Positions 47,730-56,708 of a stretch of DNA of 64,000 bases are shown here, piece after piece (the first letter of the stretch is position 1; each line of letters begins with the position of its first letter). Below the pieces are notes generated by a model. That model was not told where the DNA came from, searched no databases, and was given only the letters and a program-made list of their open reading frames with translations. Made by a program: the position numbers and the translations under genes. Location: positions 96,001 through 160,000 of IMG/VR virus record IMGVR_UViG_3300012953_000013, one strand, 5' to 3'. This stretch comes from a virus.

Positions 47730-48872
47730 TCACATTCCGCCAATAATAGAGATAGCGATTAATCCTGGAAGCCTGTCTTTAAGGTATACTCCAGAGAATA
47801 AAGTATTTGTTCTTCCACCAACATATGAAAATGCAGCTTCTATTTTATTACTAACTTCTGGATCACCAGCCATTTCTGGAGTAACAACTAAAAGCATAAC
47901 TCCAGTTTCTGAAGTTTTTGCTGGCGCAGGGCAAGGAGACGACTTAATACAGCCTTGGTATAAAGTAGAGCCAAGATCTCTAGCGCTTACATCTCTTATA
48001 ACTGTACTACCGACAAGCATTCTTCCGGGGGCACTAAGACATTTTTCTAAATCTTTAGAATCGAATGTTTGAATTGGTGATGTTTCATCTGCTAATTTAA
48101 GTACTTGTGAAATTAATTTTGCAAAATTCTTATTTGCACTTGGGTACATGCCTAGCATTCCAACTTTACCGCGAAGTAGCTGCAACTGTCTTTCATTATC
48201 TAAAACAATATGTGGAGAACTAGTAATATCTTTTAAAACAGATTTACTATTACTAGCGATTGTTGGATTTAATAGTTCTTGAGCAGAAGGTTGAGTTACT
48301 ACATAAACAACTTTTCCTGAAGCTCCAACAGAACTCAAATATCTCTCTAAAGACTTATGAAGGCTGTGGCACGCGCTACCTGTTCCGCCGCCGCCACCAG
48401 CCAATACGAAAAGCCAATCTACTTTCCCGATCCGGGTTCTGAGTGTATCTTCTACTAGAGCACCATTATTACTAAGGACATCTTTCCCAAGGTCCACGTC
48501 CTTGCCTACGCCATCTGCTCCGGGTATTAACAGAAAATGGTCTTCAGGAACTCCATCGGGCTGGTCTTTTTCAGTAGTGTTTACCAAAACGGTTTTATTA
48601 AACCCTAAATCCAAAAACGCTTTAGCTAGTTTTCCACCACCACCACCAACTCCAATAAAAGCGCAAGAAATCGCTGAGGGTGCATCATTTTCTGGTAGCA
48701 TTCTCTCATCAGCATCAGCTGGATCTTCATCATAGGCTTCTACGAAATCAAAATCGTCATCGTACAAGCTGTCTTTATCTTTTCCACTCATTTCTTTTTC
48801 TTCCTTTTTCAAATTAACTTTAGAGTTGACGGGCATAGCTGGTTTATATGCTTCTTTGAGTGTACATGCCAT
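47730..48872 (-). CDS. tubulin/FtsZ-family GTPase
   Basis: T1 FIGVGGGGGKL, VNT, GADGVGKD, signature AGGGGGTGSA, LDN, T7 TFDSKDL; alternative start ATG 48791. Confidence 0.9.
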   Translation of the reverse strand: MACTLKEAYKPAMPVNSKVNLKKEEKEMSGKDKDSLYDDDFDFVEAYDEDPADADERMLPENDAPSAISCAFIGVGGGGGKLAKAFLDLGFNKTVLVNTTEKDQPDGVPEDHFLLIPGADGVGKDVDLGKDVLSNNGALVEDTLRTRIGKVDWLFVLAGGGGGTGSACHSLHKSLERYLSSVGASGKVVYVVTQPSAQELLNPTIASNSKSVLKDITSSPHIVLDNERQLQLLRGKVGMLGMYPSANKNFAKLISQVLKLADETSPIQTFDSKDLEKCLSAPGRMLVGSTVIRDVSARDLGSTLYQGCIKSSPCPAPAKTSETGVMLLVVTPEMAGDPEVSNKIEAAFSYVGGRTNTLFSGVYLKDRLPGLIAISIIGGM

Positions 48873-48894
48873 GAAATACCCTTATTCATATTCA

Positions 48895-48901
48895 TAATTA
48901 T
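48895..48901 (-). promoter_or_regulatory. late-type promoter ATAATTA (tubulin-like gene)
   Basis: Recurrent motif. Confidence 0.5.
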
Positions 48902-48920
48902 TCACTTAAAGCAAAAAGCA

Positions 48921-49211
48921 TTAAATTAAACGGGCTGCTCTAGCTGGATAAGTCACAGACTCTAATGCTGATTTTAGCTTTTTTCTATCTACTTTTTTAA
49001 CTTTTAGATCGGCTACTTCTTTTTCTAAAGCAGCGCAACGAGCTTCTAGAGACTTAACTAAAGACTCTAAAGTAGATGCTGTAGATTTAGTTGATTTCTT
49101 GGCTGTAGTTGTTTTCTTAGCTGGGATGCTTTTTTTGGCTGTCGTTTTTTTAGAAACTACTTTTTCTTCAGTGGTTGTTTCTTTAACAGCTTCTGTTGTT
49201 TCTGTTGACAT
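48921..49211 (-). CDS. small Lys/Thr/Ala-rich histone-H1-like protein with coiled coil
   Basis: KKTTAKKSIPAKKTTTAKKSTKS repeats, then LESLVKSLEARCAALEKEVADLK heptads; SD GGAGG. Confidence 0.6.
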   Translation of the reverse strand: MSTETTEAVKETTTEEKVVSKKTTAKKSIPAKKTTTAKKSTKSTASTLESLVKSLEARCAALEKEVADLKVKKVDRKKLKSALESVTYPARAARLI

Positions 49212-49258
49212 ACGTCCTCCATGGCTATAATAATATAATAATAATTATGCATTTAAAA

Positions 49259-49295
49259 TAAAAAAAAGAGAGGGACCCGCTAAGGGGTCCCTCTC
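49259..49295 (-). terminator. intrinsic terminator after the major capsid gene
   Basis: GAGAGGGACCC-6 nt-GGGUCCCUCUC followed by a U-run. Confidence 0.88.
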
Positions 49296-49320
49296 AGTTT
49301 TGGACGCTATCTAATAAGGA

Positions 49321-51219
49321 TTAGATTACGTTAAGGTCTTGAACGGTTACTGTACCGTAGAAGTCAGAACGAACCATCTTCTTACCATATCGAGTCATAA
49401 CACCCTTACGTGGGGTGAAGTCCTCAGGAGCGAAGATTGTTGGTGTGACAATAAGTGGTACGTATGGAGCATAGACATATCCAGTCTCCAAGTAGCTTCC
49501 GCCCTTGTATCCGACGAGGACCTTGTTCCGTGGGAAGTAAGGATCCTTGTAGACCGTGAAGCGGTTACTAAGAGTACCAACCTGCTCAGCACCAAGGCTC
49601 ATTGGCTGGCTAACCTGACCATCACCATCAAGGCTGTACTTCGGACGATAAAGGACCGAAGCCTCGAGGATAGTAGCGATATCAGGGCTTACTACGATAA
49701 AGTTTGCCGAACCGCGAAGAGTAAGTCTGTGAATCTCATTAGCGACGTCAATGACTGTCTCTACGAGAGTCTCATACCATTCTCTAACTGTTCCTGTGAA
49801 GGAAGCGTTTGCGGGAACTCCACCACTTCCACCAGTTGTCTTATTGACAAAGTTACCTGGTGCGCGGCTCCAGTAATAGTTGGTCTTAGCCTGAGTAAGG
49901 AGATCGTTAAGAATCTCTCTATCAAGCTCTAGAGCAACCTGCTCGGAGAGGATCTGAGTAAGCTCAACCTCAGCGTCAAGGCTGTGGTAAGCATTCAAGT
50001 CCTGCGCGAGTTCTGGCGACCAGCGAGCGCGGAGCTTACGGGTTACAGCAGTAACTGCAATTGATTCGATCTTGATATCGATCTCTGGAATCTCCGGAGA
50101 TGGGGTTGTACCAAAATCAGACTCAAAGGTTGGAATAACTAGAGTATCTCCAGTTCCAGTACTGAGACTTGGATCAAGCGGGTAGTTAACTGTCATCAAA
50201 GCAGAGTTAGCTACTGGCTCGCCAATAACACCTGAGACTACGCAAAGAAGTCCAGTTCCAGAAGCCGAAAGATCAGCTAAAGGATCTGCGGTGAATTTAC
50301 CACCAGCAACTGTACCAATCTGGTTAAGTCTGCGAACATTGAGAAGATTTGTACTTCCCTGAATTTGCTGACCCTGCAGATCGTTACCAACTACTGCCAG
50401 TCCGTCTGGATCTGTTCCAAGTGCATCTGAAACAAGTGCGAACTCTTTAACCAGAGTAGCATCAGCATCAGTAAAGTTATCAGTTGCTACAACAACGAAA
50501 CTGTATACACCGCCACCAGCGTTACCACCTGGGAAGTCTCCATTATCGTTGTCTTGGATGTCTCTTGTAATTACTGGGTCGAACTGGAAGAGTTTTCCAT
50601 CAGATCCTGTAGCAAATCCAGACTGACCACCAACCATTGTTCCACCGGCACCAAAAGCACCAGAAAGAAGAAGATCGGCTTCGCCTGTAAGTGCGAAGGA
50701 AGAGTGGACTCTAGAATATCCAGAACCAGCAAGGTTGTATTGACCACCTACACCCAAAGATCCAGAGCGTACGCCCTTTCCTGGAGGTGCATTGTAGATT
50801 GAAGAACCTGTGGTGTAGGTAGCAGCATTAGTGCCCTCTCTACCAACGTTGGTTCCATACGTGTAGTCAAGATAGAATAAAAGGCCAGAAGGAAGGCTCA
50901 TAGGCTGGATAGAAACCAGCTCATTTGCGATCAATCCACCGAATACTCTACGGACGATTGGGAATGCGATGTTCGTGAATCCACGAATATCACCACTGGA
51001 AGTGAGGTTTCCACCACCAGTTGAAAGGCTGTTAGCCTCTCTAAGAACTTGGGCAGCCTGATTTTCAAGCAGAGTAGCCATGTTCTCGCGGGTTGTTCCT
51101 TCAAGACCTCTAAGAAGTCCTGTTCGGGCCCACTTTTCGATTAGTCGACGGTTCTGGGTTCCGACGTGTCGTTGCCGAATACCCTCTGTCAACTGATTGA
51201 GTGTAAATTTCTTACTCAT
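49321..51219 (-). CDS. major capsid protein (gp23-like)
   Basis: LLENQ, VRRVF, VSIQPM..PSG, TRKLRARWSPELAQDL, EIDRE-like LELDRE, GYKG, YAPYVPL, MTRYG. Confidence 0.96.
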   Translation of the reverse strand: MSKKFTLNQLTEGIRQRHVGTQNRRLIEKWARTGLLRGLEGTTRENMATLLENQAAQVLREANSLSTGGGNLTSSGDIRGFTNIAFPIVRRVFGGLIANELVSIQPMSLPSGLLFYLDYTYGTNVGREGTNAATYTTGSSIYNAPPGKGVRSGSLGVGGQYNLAGSGYSRVHSSFALTGEADLLLSGAFGAGGTMVGGQSGFATGSDGKLFQFDPVITRDIQDNDNGDFPGGNAGGGVYSFVVVATDNFTDADATLVKEFALVSDALGTDPDGLAVVGNDLQGQQIQGSTNLLNVRRLNQIGTVAGGKFTADPLADLSASGTGLLCVVSGVIGEPVANSALMTVNYPLDPSLSTGTGDTLVIPTFESDFGTTPSPEIPEIDIKIESIAVTAVTRKLRARWSPELAQDLNAYHSLDAEVELTQILSEQVALELDREILNDLLTQAKTNYYWSRAPGNFVNKTTGGSGGVPANASFTGTVREWYETLVETVIDVANEIHRLTLRGSANFIVVSPDIATILEASVLYRPKYSLDGDGQVSQPMSLGAEQVGTLSNRFTVYKDPYFPRNKVLVGYKGGSYLETGYVYAPYVPLIVTPTIFAPEDFTPRKGVMTRYGKKMVRSDFYGTVTVQDLNVI

Positions 51220-51241
51220 TTTAGTTTTCTCCTATAAGGGT

Positions 51242-52915
51242 TTATTTGTTATGTAGTCCAGCAAGGACTGCCCACCTGTCGACCTCAACACCACTCTTTG
51301 CCGGGGCTGCCGACCGGGTTGATCTGGATGCGGATGAAAGCAATCTAGAAGATCCCTCGGAAAGGGTTCTTCCGGATCTACGCTGTAGTGAATTACTAAG
51401 TGTCTGATATAGCAACTTAGCTTCTTTGATTGTGGAAGCCTTATCAAGGGCTTCAACGATAGCGCGCTGCTGCTTAGTAGAAAGTCCACGATTTTGCATG
51501 AGCTTATTTGCAAAAAGCAGTTTTGCGTTAAACAGATTCATTTCTTGTAACTGTCTCTTTAAACGAACATTTTCTCTAGCGGCTGCTGTAGGACGGTTAT
51601 TTCTAACTGCTCTACGCGCTCGAGATTCATTTACTTTTCTTCTGTTGCGACGTGCGCGACGGCGACGTGATTCAACAGTTGGTTCTGGAACGCTGGGATC
51701 TCCAAGCTCATCTGCAAGAGCATTGATCAGATCTTCTTCGCTGACATCGAGTTCGATATCACCAAGATCTTCCCCACCGTGAGCAAGAGCAGGATCAGCT
51801 TCAGCAGCTCTTCCCTCTTCTTGTTCTCGAAGACGTCTCATACGACGAAGCTCTCGGCGAATCGCGGCTTCAGAGATTTCATACATCTCATCAGTTTCCT
51901 CGAGCTCAAGCTCGACGCCTTCTTCTTCTTCGACTTCAACGTCTTCTTCTTCTCCCTCTTCCCCGACTGCAACGTCGAGTCCGAGTGCGGCACCTAAATC
52001 TTCCAAGGCACCTGTTGCAGCTTCTACATCGACATCTTCAGCCGCTGGAATTTCTTCCTCGACTTCGACCTCTTCGTCTTCTACTGCGATTTCATCTTCC
52101 TGTTCACGGAGACCCTCATCTTGAGCCAACTCTTCAAAGAGTCTACGGAACGCTGACCTATCTTTTCTCCTAGACATATCTTTTATCTCCTTAAGCATTC
52201 CTAGAATTCGGTATTCGAGTCTCTCGTCAACAGACTCGCTCATAATTATTACGCTCTGTGACAAACTAAATACTTCATTCAATAATTTGCCATAGTATGT
52301 TAAAGCTATTTTCTTTTCAGAAACATTTAGTTTACGAAAATCAACACCATCAATAGCTTCTTTCAGATTTTTAATTCTTTTGGAAATTAAACTAACTCTT
52401 CCAGAAACTTTTTGATTTCTCGAACGATTAATATAAGACTCTAACATATCAAGACCCGCTTTACTTAAAAGCAGGTCTTCATCTTCAACACTAACTTCTT
52501 CTTCATCATCATCATCTTCTTCTTCACCCTCTAAATCCAGGTGAAGCTCACCATCAATATCTAAAGTGATATCAGGTTCTTCTTCTACATCATCATCCTC
52601 TTCTCCAACTTCTTCTTCCGAAGAAATTACAGTCCCCAAATCAATAGTAGTAGTTGGAGATGGAGCAGATGTTGCAGTTGGAGCAGTCATCACCGGGGTC
52701 TCTTCAACATCTTCAACTTCAGTATCGACTTCTTCATCGAATTCTTCGTCGAATTCATCAGATAACTGTTGTTCAATCATTAGTTGAATCTGCGGCGTGA
52801 GGGCTTCAATAATCTTGTTTTTTGCATTTTGCTCAGCAGCTTGTTTTAACTGCTTAGCTTCTATAATTGCGTCTTGATAAAGGTTTAAACTCATACTTCC
52901 CACCAAATAAGGCAT
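51242..52915 (-). CDS. prohead scaffold/core protein (gp22-like)
   Basis: LYQDAIIEAKQLK N-terminus, long acidic tracts, C-terminal RWAVLAGL; directly upstream of the MCP; alternative start 52894. Confidence 0.78.
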   Translation of the reverse strand: MPYLVGSMSLNLYQDAIIEAKQLKQAAEQNAKNKIIEALTPQIQLMIEQQLSDEFDEEFDEEVDTEVEDVEETPVMTAPTATSAPSPTTTIDLGTVISSEEEVGEEDDDVEEEPDITLDIDGELHLDLEGEEEDDDDEEEVSVEDEDLLLSKAGLDMLESYINRSRNQKVSGRVSLISKRIKNLKEAIDGVDFRKLNVSEKKIALTYYGKLLNEVFSLSQSVIIMSESVDERLEYRILGMLKEIKDMSRRKDRSAFRRLFEELAQDEGLREQEDEIAVEDEEVEVEEEIPAAEDVDVEAATGALEDLGAALGLDVAVGEEGEEEDVEVEEEEGVELELEETDEMYEISEAAIRRELRRMRRLREQEEGRAAEADPALAHGGEDLGDIELDVSEEDLINALADELGDPSVPEPTVESRRRRARRNRRKVNESRARRAVRNNRPTAAARENVRLKRQLQEMNLFNAKLLFANKLMQNRGLSTKQQRAIVEALDKASTIKEAKLLYQTLSNSLQRRSGRTLSEGSSRLLSSASRSTRSAAPAKSGVEVDRWAVLAGLHNK

Positions 52916-52922
52916 TTTGAAT

Positions 52923-52929
52923 TAAATAT
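52923..52929 (-). promoter_or_regulatory. late-type promoter ATATTTA (scaffold-MCP)
   Basis: Recurrent motif. Confidence 0.55.
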
Positions 52930-52954
52930 AACACTCAAATTGCTAATTCCTTTT

Positions 52955-53533
52955 CTAAATTTCATCTTCTTGTTCTTTGTGAATCAAATATACCAATTTC
53001 TTTAGATCTTTAATATTATTTTCATCTTCATCAGAAGATAAAATATCTTCAAGTGAATAACTAGGTTCATCTATTATATATTCAGGATACGGGCTTTTAG
53101 AAAAACCTCTCTTGGTTCCTGTGGGTTTGGAATTGCTTCTAAAGCCAACAGTTGGACCTGGGTGCGGAAGAGATTCTCCACTGCCCCCAAAACCAGAACC
53201 GGTTCTACCTGCATACATTTTTGGAAATGGCACCATACCCTTTGAAGTAGAAAGTTCTGATATTTTAGTAGCAGAACCGACATAGTAAAATGGGTCTGTT
53301 TTTTTCCATGCTAAAGAATCGCCTGGTTGATAGTTTAATAATTTACTTAAAACTTTTTCCACTGTGTCTGACTCTATAGCACTCTCAGCCTCCTCGTCAT
53401 CAACGGGAGGCTGAGAATATTGATCAAAGCTTCTAGGTTGGTCAAAGTTGGGTTCTAGAGTACCGTAACCTAAATCTTTACGAGCGTCGTAAGGATGTCC
53501 AGTTATTCCTGATGGATGCTTGGGTATGGGCAC
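52955..53533 (-). CDS. hypothetical head-cluster protein
   Basis: 192 aa, GTG start, Pro/Gly-rich. Confidence 0.6.
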   Translation of the reverse strand: MPIPKHPSGITGHPYDARKDLGYGTLEPNFDQPRSFDQYSQPPVDDEEAESAIESDTVEKVLSKLLNYQPGDSLAWKKTDPFYYVGSATKISELSTSKGMVPFPKMYAGRTGSGFGGSGESLPHPGPTVGFRSNSKPTGTKRGFSKSPYPEYIIDEPSYSLEDILSSDEDENNIKDLKKLVYLIHKEQEDEI

Positions 53534-53550
53534 GATACTCTATACCCTTA

Positions 53551-54090
53551 CTATGAACTATATGGTGATTTACCAAGTCCATATGAACCAAGAGTTGCTG
53601 TATCTTGCTGTGCAGAAGAATCTACAACACCAAGCTGTGAACCAACTCCAACCCCAGGCGTATCATTTGGTGTCTCACCAAATCCAGCTGGAGCTTCACC
53701 TTGATCGGCGGGATTTACGCTACCAGGACCAGGAGAAACAGGGTTTGGTACCCAAGCCGAAGCAGGTCTTCCTGCATCTCCAGTATCAGCTTCACCAAGT
53801 GTTGGCGGCGCTGGGGACGCGTTTGTAGAACTAAAGTTCATTGAAACTCCCCCTGGAAATAAATCATTACCTTCTATCACCGCATCGAGAACATTCTCTT
53901 GATACCACTTCATCATTGGATTTGCTGACGAGTCTTTAGTTCCATCGTCTTTTAACTGATCTATTACTTCTAACGGTGTTGCTGGAAAGCATGATTTAAC
54001 TGATGCAGTATCGCTGGTAGAAAGACCACCAATCTGCCCAAGAGCTTTAACTGTTGAGTTTATTAATACTGTTCCTTGTTTCGCTGCCAT
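53551..54090 (-). CDS. hypothetical head-cluster protein
   Basis: 179 aa, SD AGGAG, Pro/Gly-rich C-half. Confidence 0.65.
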   Translation of the reverse strand: MAAKQGTVLINSTVKALGQIGGLSTSDTASVKSCFPATPLEVIDQLKDDGTKDSSANPMMKWYQENVLDAVIEGNDLFPGGVSMNFSSTNASPAPPTLGEADTGDAGRPASAWVPNPVSPGPGSVNPADQGEAPAGFGETPNDTPGVGVGSQLGVVDSSAQQDTATLGSYGLGKSPYSS

Positions 54091-54099
54091 TTTTATCTC

Positions 54100-54396
54100 C
54101 TATAGTTTTCTTTTAATTCTTTTTGAAACGTTTCTTCGTTTATTACTAACTTCACGGAGCTTTCTACGTAACTTTGCTTCTTGAACTTTTAAAACTTTAA
54201 GGTGATCGATGTCTTTAGCTAGCACATCTGCTTGGTCTGCCGCATCAACTTCATCTGCGGAAACTTTTTCAGGATCTTCAACACCAGACTCAATTGGGTC
54301 CGACGTTTCTCTTAGACGGCGTCTTTCTTGGACGATCATCTTTCTTAACATTGTTGGCGTAAGTGATTTTACGCTCTTTCGTTTTCTTGTGGCCAT
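54100..54396 (-). CDS. small basic protein, possible internal head protein
   Basis: LTPTMLRKMIVQERRRLRE helix; SD AGGAG; ATAGTTA at 54433-54439. Confidence 0.65.
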   Translation of the reverse strand: MATRKRKSVKSLTPTMLRKMIVQERRRLRETSDPIESGVEDPEKVSADEVDAADQADVLAKDIDHLKVLKVQEAKLRRKLREVSNKRRNVSKRIKRKL

Positions 54397-54472
54397 GGAA
54401 CTTTTACTCCTAAATTCAGCGGTGTTCTCAAATAACTATCACATTCGTGAGAGTTTTTTCTAATATTTATTT

Positions 54473-54898
54473 TTAAACTTCATCAAAAGCTAATGCAGCC
54501 CAATTGTTAGCAGCTTCACCAAATATATCAGTCGGATCTGCTCCGCTAACCGCTTTAGCTGCAGGGTCTCCATTAACTGCAACTTGGGTTGCATGACCTG
54601 ATTGATTTTCTTGTCCTAGCTGCTCTTGGAGAGTGGTTCTAGCGGTGTCAGCCAATATATTACCTAAAACCGGGTCTTCCGTACATGCTGCAACGCTTTC
54701 GTCAACCCTTTTGTTAAAATTTATATTTTCTAGGGCAGGACGTGATGCTTTTGCTTGTCTTCTTCTTGGAGCGCTTTTTTTAGTTTTTGATTCTTGCAAA
54801 AAATTTTCAGAATTTCCCGGGCTCAAACCCTCTACTAAAACTTCTACTAAGCACTCTTTAATTAAACTTTTTAATTGATTTCTTGACATTTTTGCCAT
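54473..54898 (-). CDS. hypothetical protein, possible internal head protein
   Basis: MAKMSRNQLKSLIKECLVEVLVEG N-terminus. Confidence 0.65.
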   Translation of the reverse strand: MAKMSRNQLKSLIKECLVEVLVEGLSPGNSENFLQESKTKKSAPRRRQAKASRPALENINFNKRVDESVAACTEDPVLGNILADTARTTLQEQLGQENQSGHATQVAVNGDPAAKAVSGADPTDIFGEAANNWAALAFDEV

Positions 54899-54913
54899 AA
54901 CTTAACTAACTCC

Positions 54914-55270
54914 TTAACCAGTGGTACCATAATCATCTTGATCGTAAAGAGGGATATTTCCAGATGGAATTCCAGTAAGGGAAACACAAACTCCTGTTGG
55001 TGAACCGCCAGCTGCTTGAACTCTAATTTTTCTAGCTTTAACCCTAAAGTGATAAACGCCAGTAGTCAAACTCATTGTTGTGGGTCCGCCGCTTGTTGAA
55101 TCTTGAAAGTCTAAAGTGGCGGTTCCTTGGACTGACAATATAATTTCACTAGAAACATACGCCAGGGTAATAATTGCGGTGGCTCCATCTGCTACATCAG
55201 CTACATAAGGAACACCAGAAACTTGATAAGAGCCTACGTCTCCGGCTCCCGGATTTGACCAACGTGCCAT
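54914..55270 (-). CDS. beta-rich hypothetical virion protein
   Basis: 118 aa, GSYQVSGVPYV, alternating beta pattern. Confidence 0.6.
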   Translation of the reverse strand: MARWSNPGAGDVGSYQVSGVPYVADVADGATAIITLAYVSSEIILSVQGTATLDFQDSTSGGPTTMSLTTGVYHFRVKARKIRVQAAGGSPTGVCVSLTGIPSGNIPLYDQDDYGTTG

Positions 55271-55879
55271 TTACTTTTCTCCCCAGCTTAAAATATCATT
55301 AAATATTCTATCAATTTTATCACTGCTATTAAAATGTTTATCTAATTCAGCTTCGTTTATTTCTCTTCCCTCGCGCATCATAAAAGCTCCAGGGGTTGAT
55401 GGTTCACTTACAAAGTCCCAACAAATAAGCTGAAAATCATCTTGAACAACGTCTGTGTCTCCATCTCTTCTGGTAGAGCCGACGCCTCTAGAAGATATTC
55501 CAAGAGTAACTCCGGATTCTACTAAGCTTTGAAGTATTTTTCCTGCTGGAGTGTCTAACAGTTCTACAGAACCGTAGCAGACTCCGCCCTCCATATAAGC
55601 TTCTCTGACTATGTGAGATACATTTTTAAGTTCTACAACTGAAGAATCAGGATGGTCACACTCGCCTAAGGCACGGTTTTCTCTAATGAATTTTTGATAA
55701 TTTCTTACTTCTCTATCAAGAATTACTTCTGGATATACTCTTCCGTTTTGATTAAGGGTATCTGCTTTTTGCAAAATACCTCTCATAACTAATTTTCCGT
55801 CATTTTGCTCGCGAGTTTCTTTTATCATCTCAGCCGAGTATTCAAACGGTGTCCAATCAGTTAAAAGTTTTCTACTCAT
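55271..55879 (-). CDS. prohead maturation protease (gp21-like)
   Basis: NQNGRVYP, ALGECDHP (His), SHIV, LDTPAG, GISSRGVGS (Ser), DFVSEPS. Confidence 0.95.
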   Translation of the reverse strand: MSRKLLTDWTPFEYSAEMIKETREQNDGKLVMRGILQKADTLNQNGRVYPEVILDREVRNYQKFIRENRALGECDHPDSSVVELKNVSHIVREAYMEGGVCYGSVELLDTPAGKILQSLVESGVTLGISSRGVGSTRRDGDTDVVQDDFQLICWDFVSEPSTPGAFMMREGREINEAELDKHFNSSDKIDRIFNDILSWGEK

Positions 55880-56708
55880 TTTTTTCTCCTAATTGTTCGC
55901 AAAGCTTGCAAGCTAACAAAAACTTAGCAACATTTTCATCATCAATAATTTCTTCATTCAGATATGAAACTTGAGATATAACTTCTGACGTTTTTTCTAA
56001 AAGAATTTTATTTTCGCAGATAACTTCAAACTTCTTAGTTTTTTCTATAACCTCAGATTTTACTTCGCTTAAAATTTTGCGAGTAGTGCCATAATCTCCA
56101 CAAACATATGATTCTAAAATTCTAGACTGCCTATTAGACAATACCGGGCTATATTTTTTGTGGAACTTATCTCTCATAATCTTAATCACTAGATTGTCTA
56201 CTTCAGGGTTTACTTGCTCTTGAAGCTTTTTATGAGCAGGTTTTTCTTCTCTTAGTAGATCATGAGCTTTATTTTCATATTCAACCAATTTTTGAAGATT
56301 ATCTTTTGATTTTCCTCTCCATAAATTCATTAAATTCTGAATGGTCGCTAGATTTCTATAATCAGGAACGGCTCTAGAATAAAAGCTGTCTTCGTTAAGA
56401 GTGTAATTTATATCTTTTATAAGAAGCGATTTTTCAATATCTAATTTTTTCTTATTTAAAGAATTAGTCGCTGATTTTGCTTCTTTTAAAATATTAGTTG
56501 CTAAAGAATCACTAGAGGCATGAACTTTTAAAAGTGCATTAAAGATTTTGAATTCTCTGAATATTTCTCCATCTTTTTCATAGTGGTCATCAATTATTTT
56601 TTTAATAAGCATTGCTTTCTTCTGATTCTTTTCAATTAAAGATTCAGAAAAAGCTTGAGCTAATTGTTCGTATATAATTCCAACATTTCTTTTTTTGTTA
56701 TGTCTCAT
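55872..56708 (-). CDS. hypothetical protein between portal and protease
   Basis: 278 aa helical ORF, translationally coupled on both sides. Confidence 0.7.
   Translation of the reverse strand: MRHNKKRNVGIIYEQLAQAFSESLIEKNQKKAMLIKKIIDDHYEKDGEIFREFKIFNALLKVHASSDSLATNILKEAKSATNSLNKKKLDIEKSLLIKDINYTLNEDSFYSRAVPDYRNLATIQNLMNLWRGKSKDNLQKLVEYENKAHDLLREEKPAHKKLQEQVNPEVDNLVIKIMRDKFHKKYSPVLSNRQSRILESYVCGDYGTTRKILSEVKSEVIEKTKKFEVICENKILLEKTSEVISQVSYLNEEIIDDENVAKFLLACKLCEQLGEKNE

Noticed and set aside
47730-49211. Calling this a nucleus-forming (chimallin) phage
   Set aside because: No chimallin or multisubunit phage RNAP is recognisable in the window, and the virion genes are T4-like; tubulin alone is not sufficient evidence.
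51780-52760. Imperfect GAA/GAC-rich repeats in the scaffold (also the portal tail)
   Set aside because: Explained by acidic low-complexity protein sequence.
37673-54878. Many short plus-strand or off-frame ORFs over the sheath, MCP and scaffold genes
   Set aside because: Shadows from biased codon use; no recognisable motifs.
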